A stretch of DNA of 63,378 nucleotides, counting the filler, from Chiloscyllium plagiosum (lineage: Eukaryota), in assembly GCF_004010195.1 (NCBI RefSeq). It is 4 parts of one record of this genome, joined end to end, with 100 filler letters (N's around TTAATTAATTAA, not from the genome) between each part and the next. Parts side by side here need not be neighbours in the genome. Positions count along the whole stretch, not along the records: positions 1 to 26,006 come from NC_057712.1; 3 more parts are not named here. The stretch is one strand, 5' to 3'. Every line of letters begins with the position of its first letter. Position 1 is the stretch's first letter. The position numbers and the translations under genes were made by a program. The notes beneath the pieces were generated by a model. It ran no database searches. It saw only the letters and a program-made list of their open reading frames with translations, and was not told the origin of the DNA. Positions 12,101-22,974 of the stretch are shown here, one piece after another.

Positions 12101-12729
12101 GAATTTCCCAGTTCATGCTCTTAACATTCATTGATACACCCCGTAGGAGGAATACCATCCCACTCATGTATTCTGTGCATTCTAGCTTCTCAGTAAGTGT
12201 ATTTTTAATACACATTTAATTAAAGCAACATAAAGATTCTCTTTGAAACTGTTGTTGACTTGACAACGGCACCACACTGCTTTAACTGGTTCTGGTGAAA
12301 TACCAGTCACAGTAATGGTTAGAAATAAAAGTTTTTATTCAATTTGTTTACAGCCAGCGAATAGTATGTGCCCGTACTTCAGCTTCTGGTGATGTATATG
12401 TGATGAAGAGGTGGCATCAGCTTGGTATATTGGAGGATGGAGTTTATTCTGCCTTCCTCTCAGTGACTGCCCTGGAGATTCATTTTCACACGCAAACAAC
12501 CAACCTTGTTCCAAAACGTACTTTTGAGTTTTAATTTCTGTAGATCTTTGTAACAGGAAAAGGCACAAACGAATATCTAAGAGTGAGTGTTATGTTTGCT
12601 CGGCTAAGTGTGATTTGCTTGGTTTGTTTTGGAGGGATCCTCACACAGTCATCCCCAGAGCAACTGGTCATTCAGCAGATATCCGTCAAAAGACCATCAT
12701 TCCTTGCACCTCTGTGCCTCTGACCCCTC

Positions 12730-12875
12730 ACCGGATAAGCAGGTGCTTCATGTCCTTGTCAAGGGGGTGATACAAAGGGGGACTCTGACCGGTTGGTCTT
12801 TGGTTGTAGCCCATGTCAATGTCACAGCCATGGGCCGGAGGAATGGTCAGTACTTCCGTAAATGACCTTTTCTGC
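12730..12875 (+). pseudogene. PIF/Harbinger Myb/SANT-like ORF remnant, N-terminal part
   Basis: DKQVLHVLVKGVIQR...WSLVVAHVNVTAMGRRNGQYFRK followed by VNDL in another frame; resembles the L..L...V..R / W..VA..V.....RR...QCRK..NDL pattern of Harbinger Myb-like proteins. Confidence 0.45.
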
Positions 12876-12984
12876 TGTGCCTTCTCTGCACACTCACACC
12901 CATTCTATCTCCACCTACTGCACCCTTCTTCCACCAAGGCTCATGGTCAACCACACTCACTAGTGCCTGCAACATCTTCAAAGA

Positions 12985-13650
12985 TTCATAGAATTGTTAC
13001 AGTACAGAGGAGGCCATTTGGCCCATCCTGCCTGTTCTGGCTTGATTTTCTAGTGTCAATTTCCTGCCTTTTCCTCACATTCCTGCACACTATTATTAAG
13101 CAAGTAACCATCCAATGTCCTCTTGAATGTTTCAATTTAACTTGTTTTCACACATATTTCCGGGCAGAACATTCCATATCTTAACAACTCACTGTCTGAG
13201 AAAGTTCTTTTCTCACACCAACCTTGCTCCATTTCCACATCATTTTAAATGCATGTTCTCTTGGTCTTTTTTCCTTTTATGAGTGGGAACAGCTTCTCCC
13301 TACCTACTCTGTCCAGCCCACTCATCATTTTGAAGGTCTCTATCAGATCAGCCTTCTTGTCTCTGAGTAGAACATGCCCAACTTCTTCAATCTATCTGCT
13401 CAACTGAAGTTCCCATTCCTGGAACCATTCTTACAAATGACATCTGCACTCTCTCTCCCTAATGCGTTCACATGCATTACAGTGCATTTCTTATTATGTG
13501 GCAACCGGAATTATTCACAATGCTCCGGCTGTAGCGGAAGTGTCTTAAATAAGTTCAACATCATCTCTTTGTTTTTGTACTCTATGTCCCTATAAGTAAA
13601 GCCAAAAACACTCTGTGTCTTAATTGCTGTTCTCTCCAGCTATCCATCTA
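12985..13650 (-). mobile_element. Degraded CR1 LINE 3' part
   Basis: Reverse 3' UTR (CATAGAATTGTTACAGTACAGAGGAGGCCATTTGGCCC) and RT C-terminal remnants. Confidence 0.75.
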
Positions 13651-13659
13651 CTTGTCTAT

Positions 13660-13880
13660 TTGAATCTGTGGAACTCATACTGCTGAAGGCTATGGAGGTC
13701 AAGTCATTGAGGGTCTTCAAGACAGAGATAGATATTTTCTTGATTATTAAGGGGATCTAGGGTTACAGAGAGAAGGCAGGAGAATGGGGTTGAAAAACAT
13801 ATCAGCCATGAGCGACTGGTGGAGCAGACTTGATGGGCCGAATAGTCAAATTCTGCTCCTACAGCTAATGGCCATATGGT
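13660..13880 (+). mobile_element. CR1 LINE 3' end
   Basis: GAATCTGTGGAACTC..GGTCAAGTCATTGAG..TTCAAGACAGAGATAGATA, followed by the 3' UTR. Confidence 0.8.
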
Positions 13881-13889
13881 GTGGCAGTA

Positions 13890-14890
13890 TCAAATACCTT
13901 CTGGAAGTTCGAGTTACACCACAAGCCTTTCTGTTACCTCTTCAAAAAATTCCAGCATATTGGTTAAACACAGTTTCCCCTTTAGAAATCCGTGCTAATT
14001 ACTCCTGACCAACCCACCTTTTTCCACTTCACAACTAACTCTATCCCGAATAATCGTTTCTTGAAGTTTCCATGTCACCGAAGTTAAACTAACTCACCTG
14101 TAGTTGCTGGGATTAACCATGCAGACTTTCTTGAACAAGTACTATTTGCAATTCTGTCTTGCTCTGGCACTCCCCCAAGTCCAGAAAAGACTGGAAGATT
14201 ATGACCACATCCAGAGACAGTCAACTTTAAGTACAGCAGTCTATCCAAGGCTTCTTCCTTATAAAGTTAGAATCCTTCTAGTGACAGATTTGTTTCCACC
14301 TATGAAACATCCTCCATTTTGTAAAGACAGGTGCAATATACTAATTTACTACATCAGCTATGCCCTTACTGCTCTGTGGAAATCCCTCTGATCTGCCAAC
14401 TCCCCATTCTCTGACTGTCTACATGCCCAGAGAAGACTTGGGGATTTTCCTTTCCGTTAGATGCTGGCCTTTTCTCAGAGCTCTTCTTTGCTTCTCTTAC
14501 TTACTTTGTCACCCATCCCGTATGTTTTCGGTATCCATGTTGATTCACAATTTTACTTCCTGCCTTACCTAGCACACATTATTTTTCAAATGTTAATTTA
14601 TACTTCCTTTGTCGTCCAGCGACTCTGGATTGGTTTGACCTACCTTTTACATCAGAGAAAATATACCTGAACTGTACCCTGCTGTTTGAAGGTGGCCGAT
14701 TGTTCAGTTGCATTATTTCCAGCCAGCTTCTTGTTCCAATCTATCCTGCTCAGCTCTGTTCTCGCCCCATTAAAGTCAGCTCTCCGCCAATGGAGCTTTC
14801 TTACTCTGGATTGTTACGTCATTCTTGAACATTGTCCTGAACCTTATGATGACACAATGACCCTTCCCTTACTCACTCTCAGCCCCTACT
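13890..14890 (-). mobile_element. Highly degraded CR1 ORF2 internal region
   Basis: Remnants such as AATCCGTGCT..ACT..CCTGA and GTTAAACTAACT..CCTGTAGTT (NYRPVSL region on the minus strand). Confidence 0.55.
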
Positions 14891-14895
14891 AACCC

Positions 14896-14997
14896 AGGTA
14901 AAAACAATGACTGCAGATGCTGGAAACCAGAGTCTAGATTAGAGTGGTGCTGGAAAAGCACAGCAGTTCAGGCAGCATCCGAGGAGCAGTAAAATGA
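14896..14997 (-). mobile_element. Penelope pLTR fragment
   Basis: GGTAAAAACAATGACTGCAGATGCTGGAAACCAGA..GTGCTGGAAAAGCACAGCAGTTCAGGCAGCATCC is the reverse complement of the 26180-26278 and 43291 copies. Confidence 0.85.
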
Positions 14998-15079
14998 CCT
15001 GTGCATTTCCTCCTCATCCCTCCAGAACATCTCAGGGCATCTGGCACACTTACCTTCTGTCCCCCCCACTATTGGAAAA

Positions 15080-15592
15080 ATGCTATTAAACTGGAAAAGG
15101 TGTAAAACCGATTCACAAGGATGTTACTGAGACGGGAGGGTTTGAGTTATAAGGAGAGGCTGGAGACACTGGAACGTTGTTTCCTTGGAGACTCAAAGGC
15201 TGAGGGGTGACCTTACAGGGGTTTATAAAATCATGAGGGGTTTATAAAATCATGAGGGGAGTAGATAAGGTGAAAAGTCAAGGTCTTTTCCCTGGGGTGG
15301 GGGAGTTCAAAACTAGAGGGTGTAGGTTTAAGGTGAGAGGGGAAAGATTTAAAAGGGACCTGCGAGTCAACTTTTTCACACAAAGGGTGGTGCATGGATT
15401 GAATAAACAGCCGCAGGAAATGGTAGAGGTGAGTACACTTACAACATTTAAAAGGCATTTGGAGATATGAATAGGACAGGTCTAGAGAGAAATGGGCCAA
15501 ACACAGGCAAATGGGACGAGTTCAGTTTAAAAACCTGATTAGCATGGACTTGTTGGGCCAAAGGGTTTGTTTCTGTGCTGTATGACTCTGTA
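15080..15592 (+). mobile_element. CR1/HER1-type LINE 3' end
   Basis: ORF 15252-15470 ..KTRGCRFKVRGERFKRDLRVNFFTQRVV..; local duplication of GGGGTTTATAAAATCATGA. Confidence 0.9.
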
Positions 15593-15654
15593 ATGTTATG
15601 ATCACCTTCCCTAGCTATGCTCTCACCTTAGTCAATCCCTCCCTTTCTCTGATT

Positions 15655-15810
15655 ACAAGAGAAAACAACCAGTAACTGGGCCGAAGGAGCCCAAATGGGT
15701 GGAAGAATGCACCACATTAGCCTCCTTAGCCCCAACGAGGAGAGAATCTTGTTCATTGCAGGAGAAGACCAGAAATGTTCTTATGGAGATACTGAGACAT
15801 CCATGTCCTG
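15655..15810 (+). pseudogene. PIF/Harbinger Myb/SANT-like ORF remnant, second exon
   Basis: After a pyrimidine tract: EKTTSNWAEGAQMGGRMHHISLLSPNEERILFIAGED, resembling the EK..HN..E...TGGG......L...EER.L..AG motif of Harbinger Myb-like proteins. Confidence 0.5.
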
Positions 15811-16847
15811 CCAACTGTATAATGCCAGTCTACCTTCCAATCCCACTTGCACAGTAATCCCAGAGGCAGTCTTGCACATTGTACACCTTCTCTAACCACT
15901 GGCTGTGACACCTTCTCTTCTCTGTCTTGTTTTGCAAGTTTCAATAACATCTCCACCACCTCTGCAGAGACTTCCCCAGAGCCATGTCCTCCGCCTTTGA
16001 GGATGACAGTAACAAAGGCCTCAAAGGAATCATCGACAGGACTGCCTCCTCAAGCCCCCACCAGTCCAGATACTGACCTTTCAACAGGAATGTTAGCCTC
16101 AGGAAGAGTGTGAGCACAACTGCTCTGTGGCTGGCCACAGGAAGAATTGCTGGGAGGACTGACAAGGACCTGCTCAGCCCCAGGTGGAAGAGGGCTCTGC
16201 CGCGTACACAGATTAGGACATTTTCCACATGCACAGGGATGATTGGAAGTGGCAGACTAGTGTGTGGAACGCAATAGTCTTTATTGTCCAGAAGCTGCAG
16301 GAATGCGATGAATCATGTCACTGACTGACTGCCTCCATGGACAGGTTGGTAATTGCCATGGATGGCCAGGTCCATCTCTCTCAGTATCTGCTGGAGTGTC
16401 ACACTCACCTAACCTCCATCATCCATCCATAGGTCCTCGGAACTGAAGACATGGTGACAGATGTCTGCCCCCTTGACTGAGGACTGCTGAACAACAAGGC
16501 AATCTGGCTGCTCATGTGACTGGGCTAATTGACACAGCAAAACAAGGCAAGGGATGGATGGTTCAAGCATGTGGACGGGTACTCGGGCAGGCAGAGAGTA
16601 TTCTGAGAGCACGTGAGCAGCCCTGAGATGCAGCCTGGTCTAATCGGTGAACTGAGTGCCTGTTCCAGTTGTGTAATGTGTTCCTGCTGCAGCCTTTCAA
16701 TGCCAGTTGCCAATATGTGGTGTAATGCACTTCCTGAGCAACCTACAAGTATATCAGAGAGGTGCCATGATGGTCACGACGTGTTGGCAAATGCCAGATG
16801 TCAATGTCCTCGATGAGGGGTGGCAGCCATGGCATTATGCCCTGCAA

Positions 16848-18790
16848 TAAGAACATAAGCAGATAAGAACTAGGAGCTGTCTGGCCCTTGAAGCCTGCTC
16901 CACACCTCAATAAGATCACGGCTGATCTTTTCATGGACTCAGTTCCACTTACCCACATTTTCACCATATCCCTTAATTCCTTTATTGTTCAAACAAAAAT
17001 CTATCTTAGCTTTAAAAACATTTACTGACATAGTATTAATGACTTCACTGAGTAGGGAATTCCATAGGTTTACAACCCTCTGGGTGACAAAGCTCCTTCT
17101 CAATTCAGTCCTAAATCTGCTCTCCCTAATCTTGAAGTTATGCCCTGTCATTGTAGTTTCACCTGCCAGTGGAAACATCCTCTCTACTTCTATACTATCT
17201 ATTCACTTTATAATTTTATATGTTTCTATAAGATCCTCCCTCATTCTTCTAATTTCCAATGAATATAATCCCAGTCTACTCAGCCTCTCCTCATAAGCCA
17301 CCCCCCTCAACTCCGGAATCAACCCAGTGAACCTCCTCTGCACCCCCTCCAGTGCCAGTACATCCTTTCTTAAGTACGGAGATCAAATCTGCACACAGTA
17401 CTCCAGGTGTGGCCTCATCAGCACCCTGTACAGCTGCAACATAACCCCTCTGTTTTTAAACTCAATCCCTTTAGCAATGAAGGACAAAATTCCATTTGCC
17501 TTCCTAATTACCTGTTGTACTGGCAGACCAACTCTCTGTGATTCATGCACAGAGACCCAGGTCCCTCTGAAAATCAGCATGCTGCAACTTTTTACCATTC
17601 AAGTAATAATCCTTTTTTACTGTTACTCCTGTTACAGGTGACTTCACATTTATTAGCACTGTATTCCATCTGCCAGACCTTTGTCCACTCACTTATCTAT
17701 GTTCTATGAGCATCTACACATATCTATACGTATCTATCTGAACGTATCTATGAGTATTTATGTTCCTCTGCAAAGTTTCACAGTCCTCTGCACACTTTGC
17801 TTTGTCGCTCATCTGAGTGTCATCTGCAAGCTTTGACACATTATATGTGGTTTCAGATCGGTTCAGGTGGAGACCGTCCCATTGATACAGATCCCTCCTG
17901 TTCCAAACCTGATGTCAATGCCCCATGAAATGCAACCCCTCTTTCTACACCATTCCCTTAGCCACATGTTTACTTCCCTAATTTTCTTATCCCTAAGCCG
18001 ATTTGCATGTGGCTAAGGCAGTAATCCAGTGATTATAACCCTTGAGGACCTGTTCCTTAATTTCGTTTCTAGTGCTTGATAACCCCCAAACAGGTCCTCC
18101 GTCCTAGCCTTCCCCATGTTGTTTGTCCCAATGTGAACCACAACAACTGGATCCTCTCTCTCCCGCTATAAATACCCTTCCAAGCCCGTCAGAGATGTTC
18201 TGCACCCTGGCATTGGGCAAGCAACACACCATGCGGGACTCTTGATCCGGCTTGCAAAAGATACTATCTGTCCCCTAATTATAGAATCCCCTATAGCTAC
18301 CACTTGTCTTTTTGCTCCCTCCCTCTTGAATGGCCTTCTGCACCATGGTGTTGTGGTCAGCTGGCTCATCCTCCCTTCAGACCTTTTCCTCTTCCATACA
18401 CGGAGCAAGCATCTCATACCTGTCGGATAAGGTCAACAGCTGAGGCTTCTCCATTCCTAAACTCAGGATTCCCCTGCCTACCTCATTTGCAATCATACCT
18501 TGTTGTCCCTGACCAGTAACTGAGTTTGAATTACTTAATCTACCAGGTGTGACTGCCTCCTGAAACAAAGCGTCCATGGAACTCTCCCCCTCCTGGTTGT
18601 GCCGCAGTGTTTGAAACTCAGATTCCAGATCATCAACTCTGAGCCCAAGTTCCTCCAGCAACCAACATTTGCTGCAGATGTGGTCACTGCCGTTCACAAT
18701 GGAATCAGGCAGCTCCCACATCATACAGCTGCAGTACATCACCTGCCCAGCCATCTCTACTGAGGTAATAACTTTATTAATTTATATAAA
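16848..18790 (-). mobile_element. CR1 LINE with a large internal deletion (ORF1 joined to late ORF2 and 3' end)
   Basis: ORF1 zinc finger/zipper 18377-18754 (CSCMMWE..HICSKC..LEEL..RVDDLESE), esterase start (VVAIGDSIIRG), jump near 17850 to RT (RPHLEYCVQ; GHNFKIR..FRTELRRSF), (TTCTTATG)-type tail. Confidence 0.9.
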
Positions 18791-19324
18791 TTTATAAGTT
18801 AGTTAATTTCCAATACTTCTCTGCTGTGCTCTTTTTCAAACTTTGTGCAGATTTTGGCAATGCCTTCTGAGCCTAAGAAATATGGAAGTCCTTTCAGAGC
18901 AAGCAGCAAGATAAAGTCACCAAGTATCGGCTCTGAATCCCACCTCAGGTTTGTTCAAACTTATTTTGATGCATTTGGGAAGTAGAATACTGAATAATAC
19001 TAAGGCATCAGAGTCATTAACGAAGCACTTCATAAACAATATTCCCCCTTAGTTGGCAACTCATTGCTGCCACGTGGGAAACTAGCCTGGCTGTTTAATG
19101 AAAGCACAAAAGTTGGAGCAAGATGCTTCTGACATTGAGGCAAGCCTTGTTAGACTTCTCATCCAATTCTACCGCAAAAAAAGGACAAACTTCCACTTGG
19201 ATTCTTCCAAATGTCAACCTGAATTTCAACAAAGGATTGGCAGAAACCTGGCTGAAAAGTAGAAAGTTTCTGTTTATGACAGTTTCCAGAATTTTTGTTG
19301 ATTAACAGAAGTGAAGAAGATTCA

Positions 19325-19685
19325 GAGGCCAAGGGATGAACTTATAGAGGTTTATAAAACAATGAGGGGTGTGGATAGGGTGAAGAGCCAAGTTCTTTTC
19401 CTCAGAGTAGGGGAGCCTGAAGCTAAAGGTATGCTTAAGGTAGGAGGGGCAAGATTTAAAAGCGACCTAAGGGGCAACTTTTTATCGCAGAGGGTGGTGC
19501 GTGTATGGAATGAACTTCCAGAGGAAATAGTGGAAGCTGATACAGTCACAACATTTAAAAGGCATCTGAATGCATACATAAATAGGAAGGATTGAGAGGG
19601 AAATGGACCTAGACTTATTTAGGATGTCTGGTCAGCATGGATGAGTTGGACCGAAGTGTCTATTTCCAGCTCTATGACTCTATGC
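19325..19685 (+). mobile_element. CR1/HER1-type LINE 3' end
   Basis: ORF 19311-19595 ..LIEVYKTMRG..DLRGNFLSQRVVRVWNELP; tail CTCTATGACTCTATG. Confidence 0.9.
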
Positions 19686-20729
19686 TCAGAGACCTTCCAC
19701 AGAAATTACAGAATTTGAAATAGTAGGTACATAATATAAAATTCCCAAATTCCTGTTCAAAGTATTGACAGTCTATTCCATGGGTCAAAGGAGATTATCA
19801 TTGAACTCAGTTGTGACACAATACCTGACCAAACTTTGATCTCTTACAGCAATACATCTCTGACACAATTTGAACCACTGAACTTTTTTTCCATCACTAA
19901 CTGAGTAATTTGCATAACCATGCACTGGATGCCCAACAATGGCACGTCAGATCTCTGCTATCTGAGCAGAGTAGAGCCATTTATTACTGTTGCTTCATAG
20001 AATGTGGGGTGGGAGGAACACCTTCACAGTCCTATTGTAGGTTGCCAGTATACATAAAAAGGAAGTTTCTTAAAATTAAACACAAGTTTGTTATGTTTAC
20101 CTAACAGTTTGTGTAATTATTTGTAAGAGTTAACGTATTACAAAAATGACCGAAATGTTGCTAACCCGTGACAAGAAGATCTTAAATAATTAATAAAAAA
20201 CAGCATACCTTTTCGTTTAAACACTCTGCCACCTAATACATTTATCAAGTTTAAATTACATATTACAACATTTATATTGTCTACAAATTTAACAGCCTTG
20301 TGTCTCACATATATCGATTGCATCAGAAGGAATGGGCTCACTTCAAGAATTGACCCTTGCTCTTTTTCTGCAGCAAAAAGCCCTGACCCTCCTTTTAAAA
20401 TGAAGAATTAACAGTTAAGTTGCTCATCAAATACCCAACGGGTAGGTTGATTCAATTTCTAAGTATCAAAGAAGAATGAGGTGGTTGCAGAATGAGCTAT
20501 CAAAATGCTTACCTTTCCAGGCATTGTTAACCTTGAACAAATAACTAGGTGAGATTGACAAACAAGTGGTTTAAATAATTTTGCTAACCTGGTTTGGGAT
20601 ACCATCTTGATGCTCCATCTAGTTAATAATTCTATCTTTATAATTAACATTCAAGCACAAGAAAACCACTACAAAATCACTCATTACTCAAAGGTATATT
20701 TATTAATCTATGTTTGTAGATCACATGGT

Positions 20730-21382
20730 AGGGGTGGCATGGTAGCTCAGTGGTTAGCACTGCTGCCTCACAGTGCCAGGAACCCAGGTTCGATTCTAGC
20801 CTTGGGCAACTATCGATGGGGTTTAGATTAGATTAGATTACATCACAGTGTGGAAACAGGCCCTTCGACCCAACAAGTCCACACTGACCCGCCGAAGCGC
20901 AACCCACCCATACCCCTACGTTTACCCCTTACCTAACACTACGGGCAATTTAGCATGGCCAATTCACCTGACCTGCACATCTTTGGACTGTGGGAGGAAA
21001 CCGGAGCACCCGGAGGAAACCCACGCAGACACGGGGAGAACGTGCAAACTCCACACAGTCAATCGCCTGAGGCGGGAATTGAACCCGGGTCTCTGGCGCT
21101 GTGAGGCAGCAGTGCTAACCACTGTGCCACCGTGCCGCCCACAATGTGTTTACACATTCTCCCCATGTCTGCGTGGGTTTCCTCCCACAATCCAAAGATA
21201 TGCAGCTTAGGTGAATTGGCCAGCTTAAATTGCACCATAGTGTTCAGGGGTGTGTAGGCTAGGTGCATTAATCACAGGTAAATGAAGGATAGTAGGGGAA
21301 TGGGTCTGGGTGGGTTATTGTTTGGAGGGTCAGTGTGGGCTTGTTGGGCTGAAGGGCCTGTTTCCATACTGTAAGGATTCTA
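20730..21382 (+). mobile_element. HE1-like V-SINE (outer copy, split by a nested SINE)
   Basis: tRNA head 20730-20810; V-domain and tail resume at about 21146. Confidence 0.88.
20823..21140 (-). mobile_element. HE1-like V-SINE, full length and young (nested)
   Basis: Minus strand starts GGGCGGCACGGTGGCACAGTGGTTAGC, CpGs retained, (AATCT)3 tail. Confidence 0.93.
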
Positions 21383-21694
21383 AAAAAAAATCTTTGGAAA
21401 ATGTTTCTGTGCAAAGGGATACTCTGTGGTCAGACTTCTTGAATGGTTGGTGGAAGAATCAATCATTGAGCTAGCTTTTTTTTTTCTCTGCTCGTGCCTT
21501 TGCTCAACTTAAGCTGCAGGTCATGTTTTTGGTAATATGTATTCTAAGGGAATTATTTGAACTTTACTTTTATTAACGTTTCTGAAGAGTTCAAACGTAT
21601 ATAAATCTGTTGATTTATTTTTGATTTAGAAGGCAATTTCTGGCTTTTAAATTATGTTGCAATAAATCTAGAATTAATAGCTACTCAAAAGGTG

Positions 21695-21790
21695 ATTGTG
21701 AGTCTGTTGTTGATTTTCATAAAATCCCACCTGGGGTTCAATAATGTCCTTTAGAAATTAAAATCTATCACTATTATCATTCTGAGGGTT
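21695..21790 (+). mobile_element. SINE central-domain fragment
   Basis: AAAATCCCACCTGGGGTTCAATAATGTCCTTTAG..AAATCT is homologous to 40390-40440. Confidence 0.5.
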
Positions 21791-21834
21791 ATGGTTGATC
21801 AGAAACTCAACTGGACTCACCATGTAATTGAAAC

Positions 21835-22350
21835 ATCATGTTGTGATTGTACAGGACATTGGTGAGGCTACTTTTGGAGTATGGTATATAGTTTTGGTCG
21901 ACCTGCTCTCGAAAGGATCTTGTTAAATTGGAGAAAGTGCTGAAAATATTCACGAGGATATTACTGGGGTAAAGGGTTTGAGTTTTTAGGACAGGCTGGA
22001 TAAGCTGGGACATTTTCACTGGACCACAGCAGAATGAGGGGTTTAAAAAATCATGAGGGGCTTAAATAAGATGTTCAAAACTAGAGGGCATAATTTTAAT
22101 GTGCTAGGAAAAAGATTTAAAAGGGAGCTGAGGGGCAACTTTTTCACACAGAGGATGGTTCGTATGTGGAATGAACTACCAGAGGAAGTGGTTGATGCAG
22201 GGACAGTAACAACATTTAAAAGACATTTGGACAGGTACATGAATAGGAATGGGCTAAACACAGATAAATGGGACTAGTTTAGTTTGGAAAACTTAGTCAG
22301 CATTGACGAGTTGAACCAAAGGATCTGTTTCTGTGCTGTATGACTTTATG
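21835..22350 (+). mobile_element. CR1/HER1-type LINE 3' part
   Basis: ORF 22053-22277 KTRGHNF..ELRGNFFTQRMVRMWNELPEEVV. Confidence 0.9.
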
Positions 22351-22354
22351 ACGC

Positions 22355-22972
22355 TATATAAATGCAGTGGCTACAAGAACAGGTCATAGGATTGGAATAC
22401 TGCAATGAGTAAATTATCTCTTGACTCCCCAAAGCATGTCTCCCATCTACAAAGTATAAGTCAGGAGTGTGATGGAATACTCCCCACTTGTCTGGATATT
22501 GTCCTCTAATAATAAAAAAGAACCTGATACCATTCAGGACAGAGCAGTCTGTTTGATTGGCACCACATCCACAATCCATTCCCTCCACCACCAATGCTCA
22601 GTGTGTAGCAGTAGTGTGTACTATCTACAAGATACACTGCAGAAATCCACCAATGATCATTGACAGCACCTTCCAAACCCAAGACCACTACCACTTATGA
22701 GGGCAAGGGCAGCAGATACATGGAACGCTAACAAATGTAAATTCCCTTTCAAGCCACTCACTATCCTGACTTGGAAATATATCGTTGTTTCCTCATTGTT
22801 GCTGGGTCAAAATCATGAAATTCCCTCTGTAAGGGCATTGTGGGTCCACCTACAGCAGGTGGGCTTCAGTGGTCGAGTAATCAGCTCACCACCACCTTCT
22901 CAAAGGCAACTGGGGACCAGCGATAAATCGTGGCCAGCCAGCGACACCCACGTCTCTAATGAATAGAAAAAA
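22355..22972 (+). mobile_element. Older CR1/L2-group LINE 3' end (Crack/Daphne-like)
   Basis: Translates to ..IYK..VRSVMEYSPLVW..DTIQDRAVCLIG..SLHH; 3' end GGCCAGCCAGCGACACCCAC..AATGAATAGAAAAAA. Confidence 0.75.
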
Positions 22973-22974
22973 CT

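Noticed and set aside
20730..20810. tRNA genes at A/B-box sites
   Set aside because: All continue into SINE bodies; they are SINE heads, not cloverleaf tRNAs
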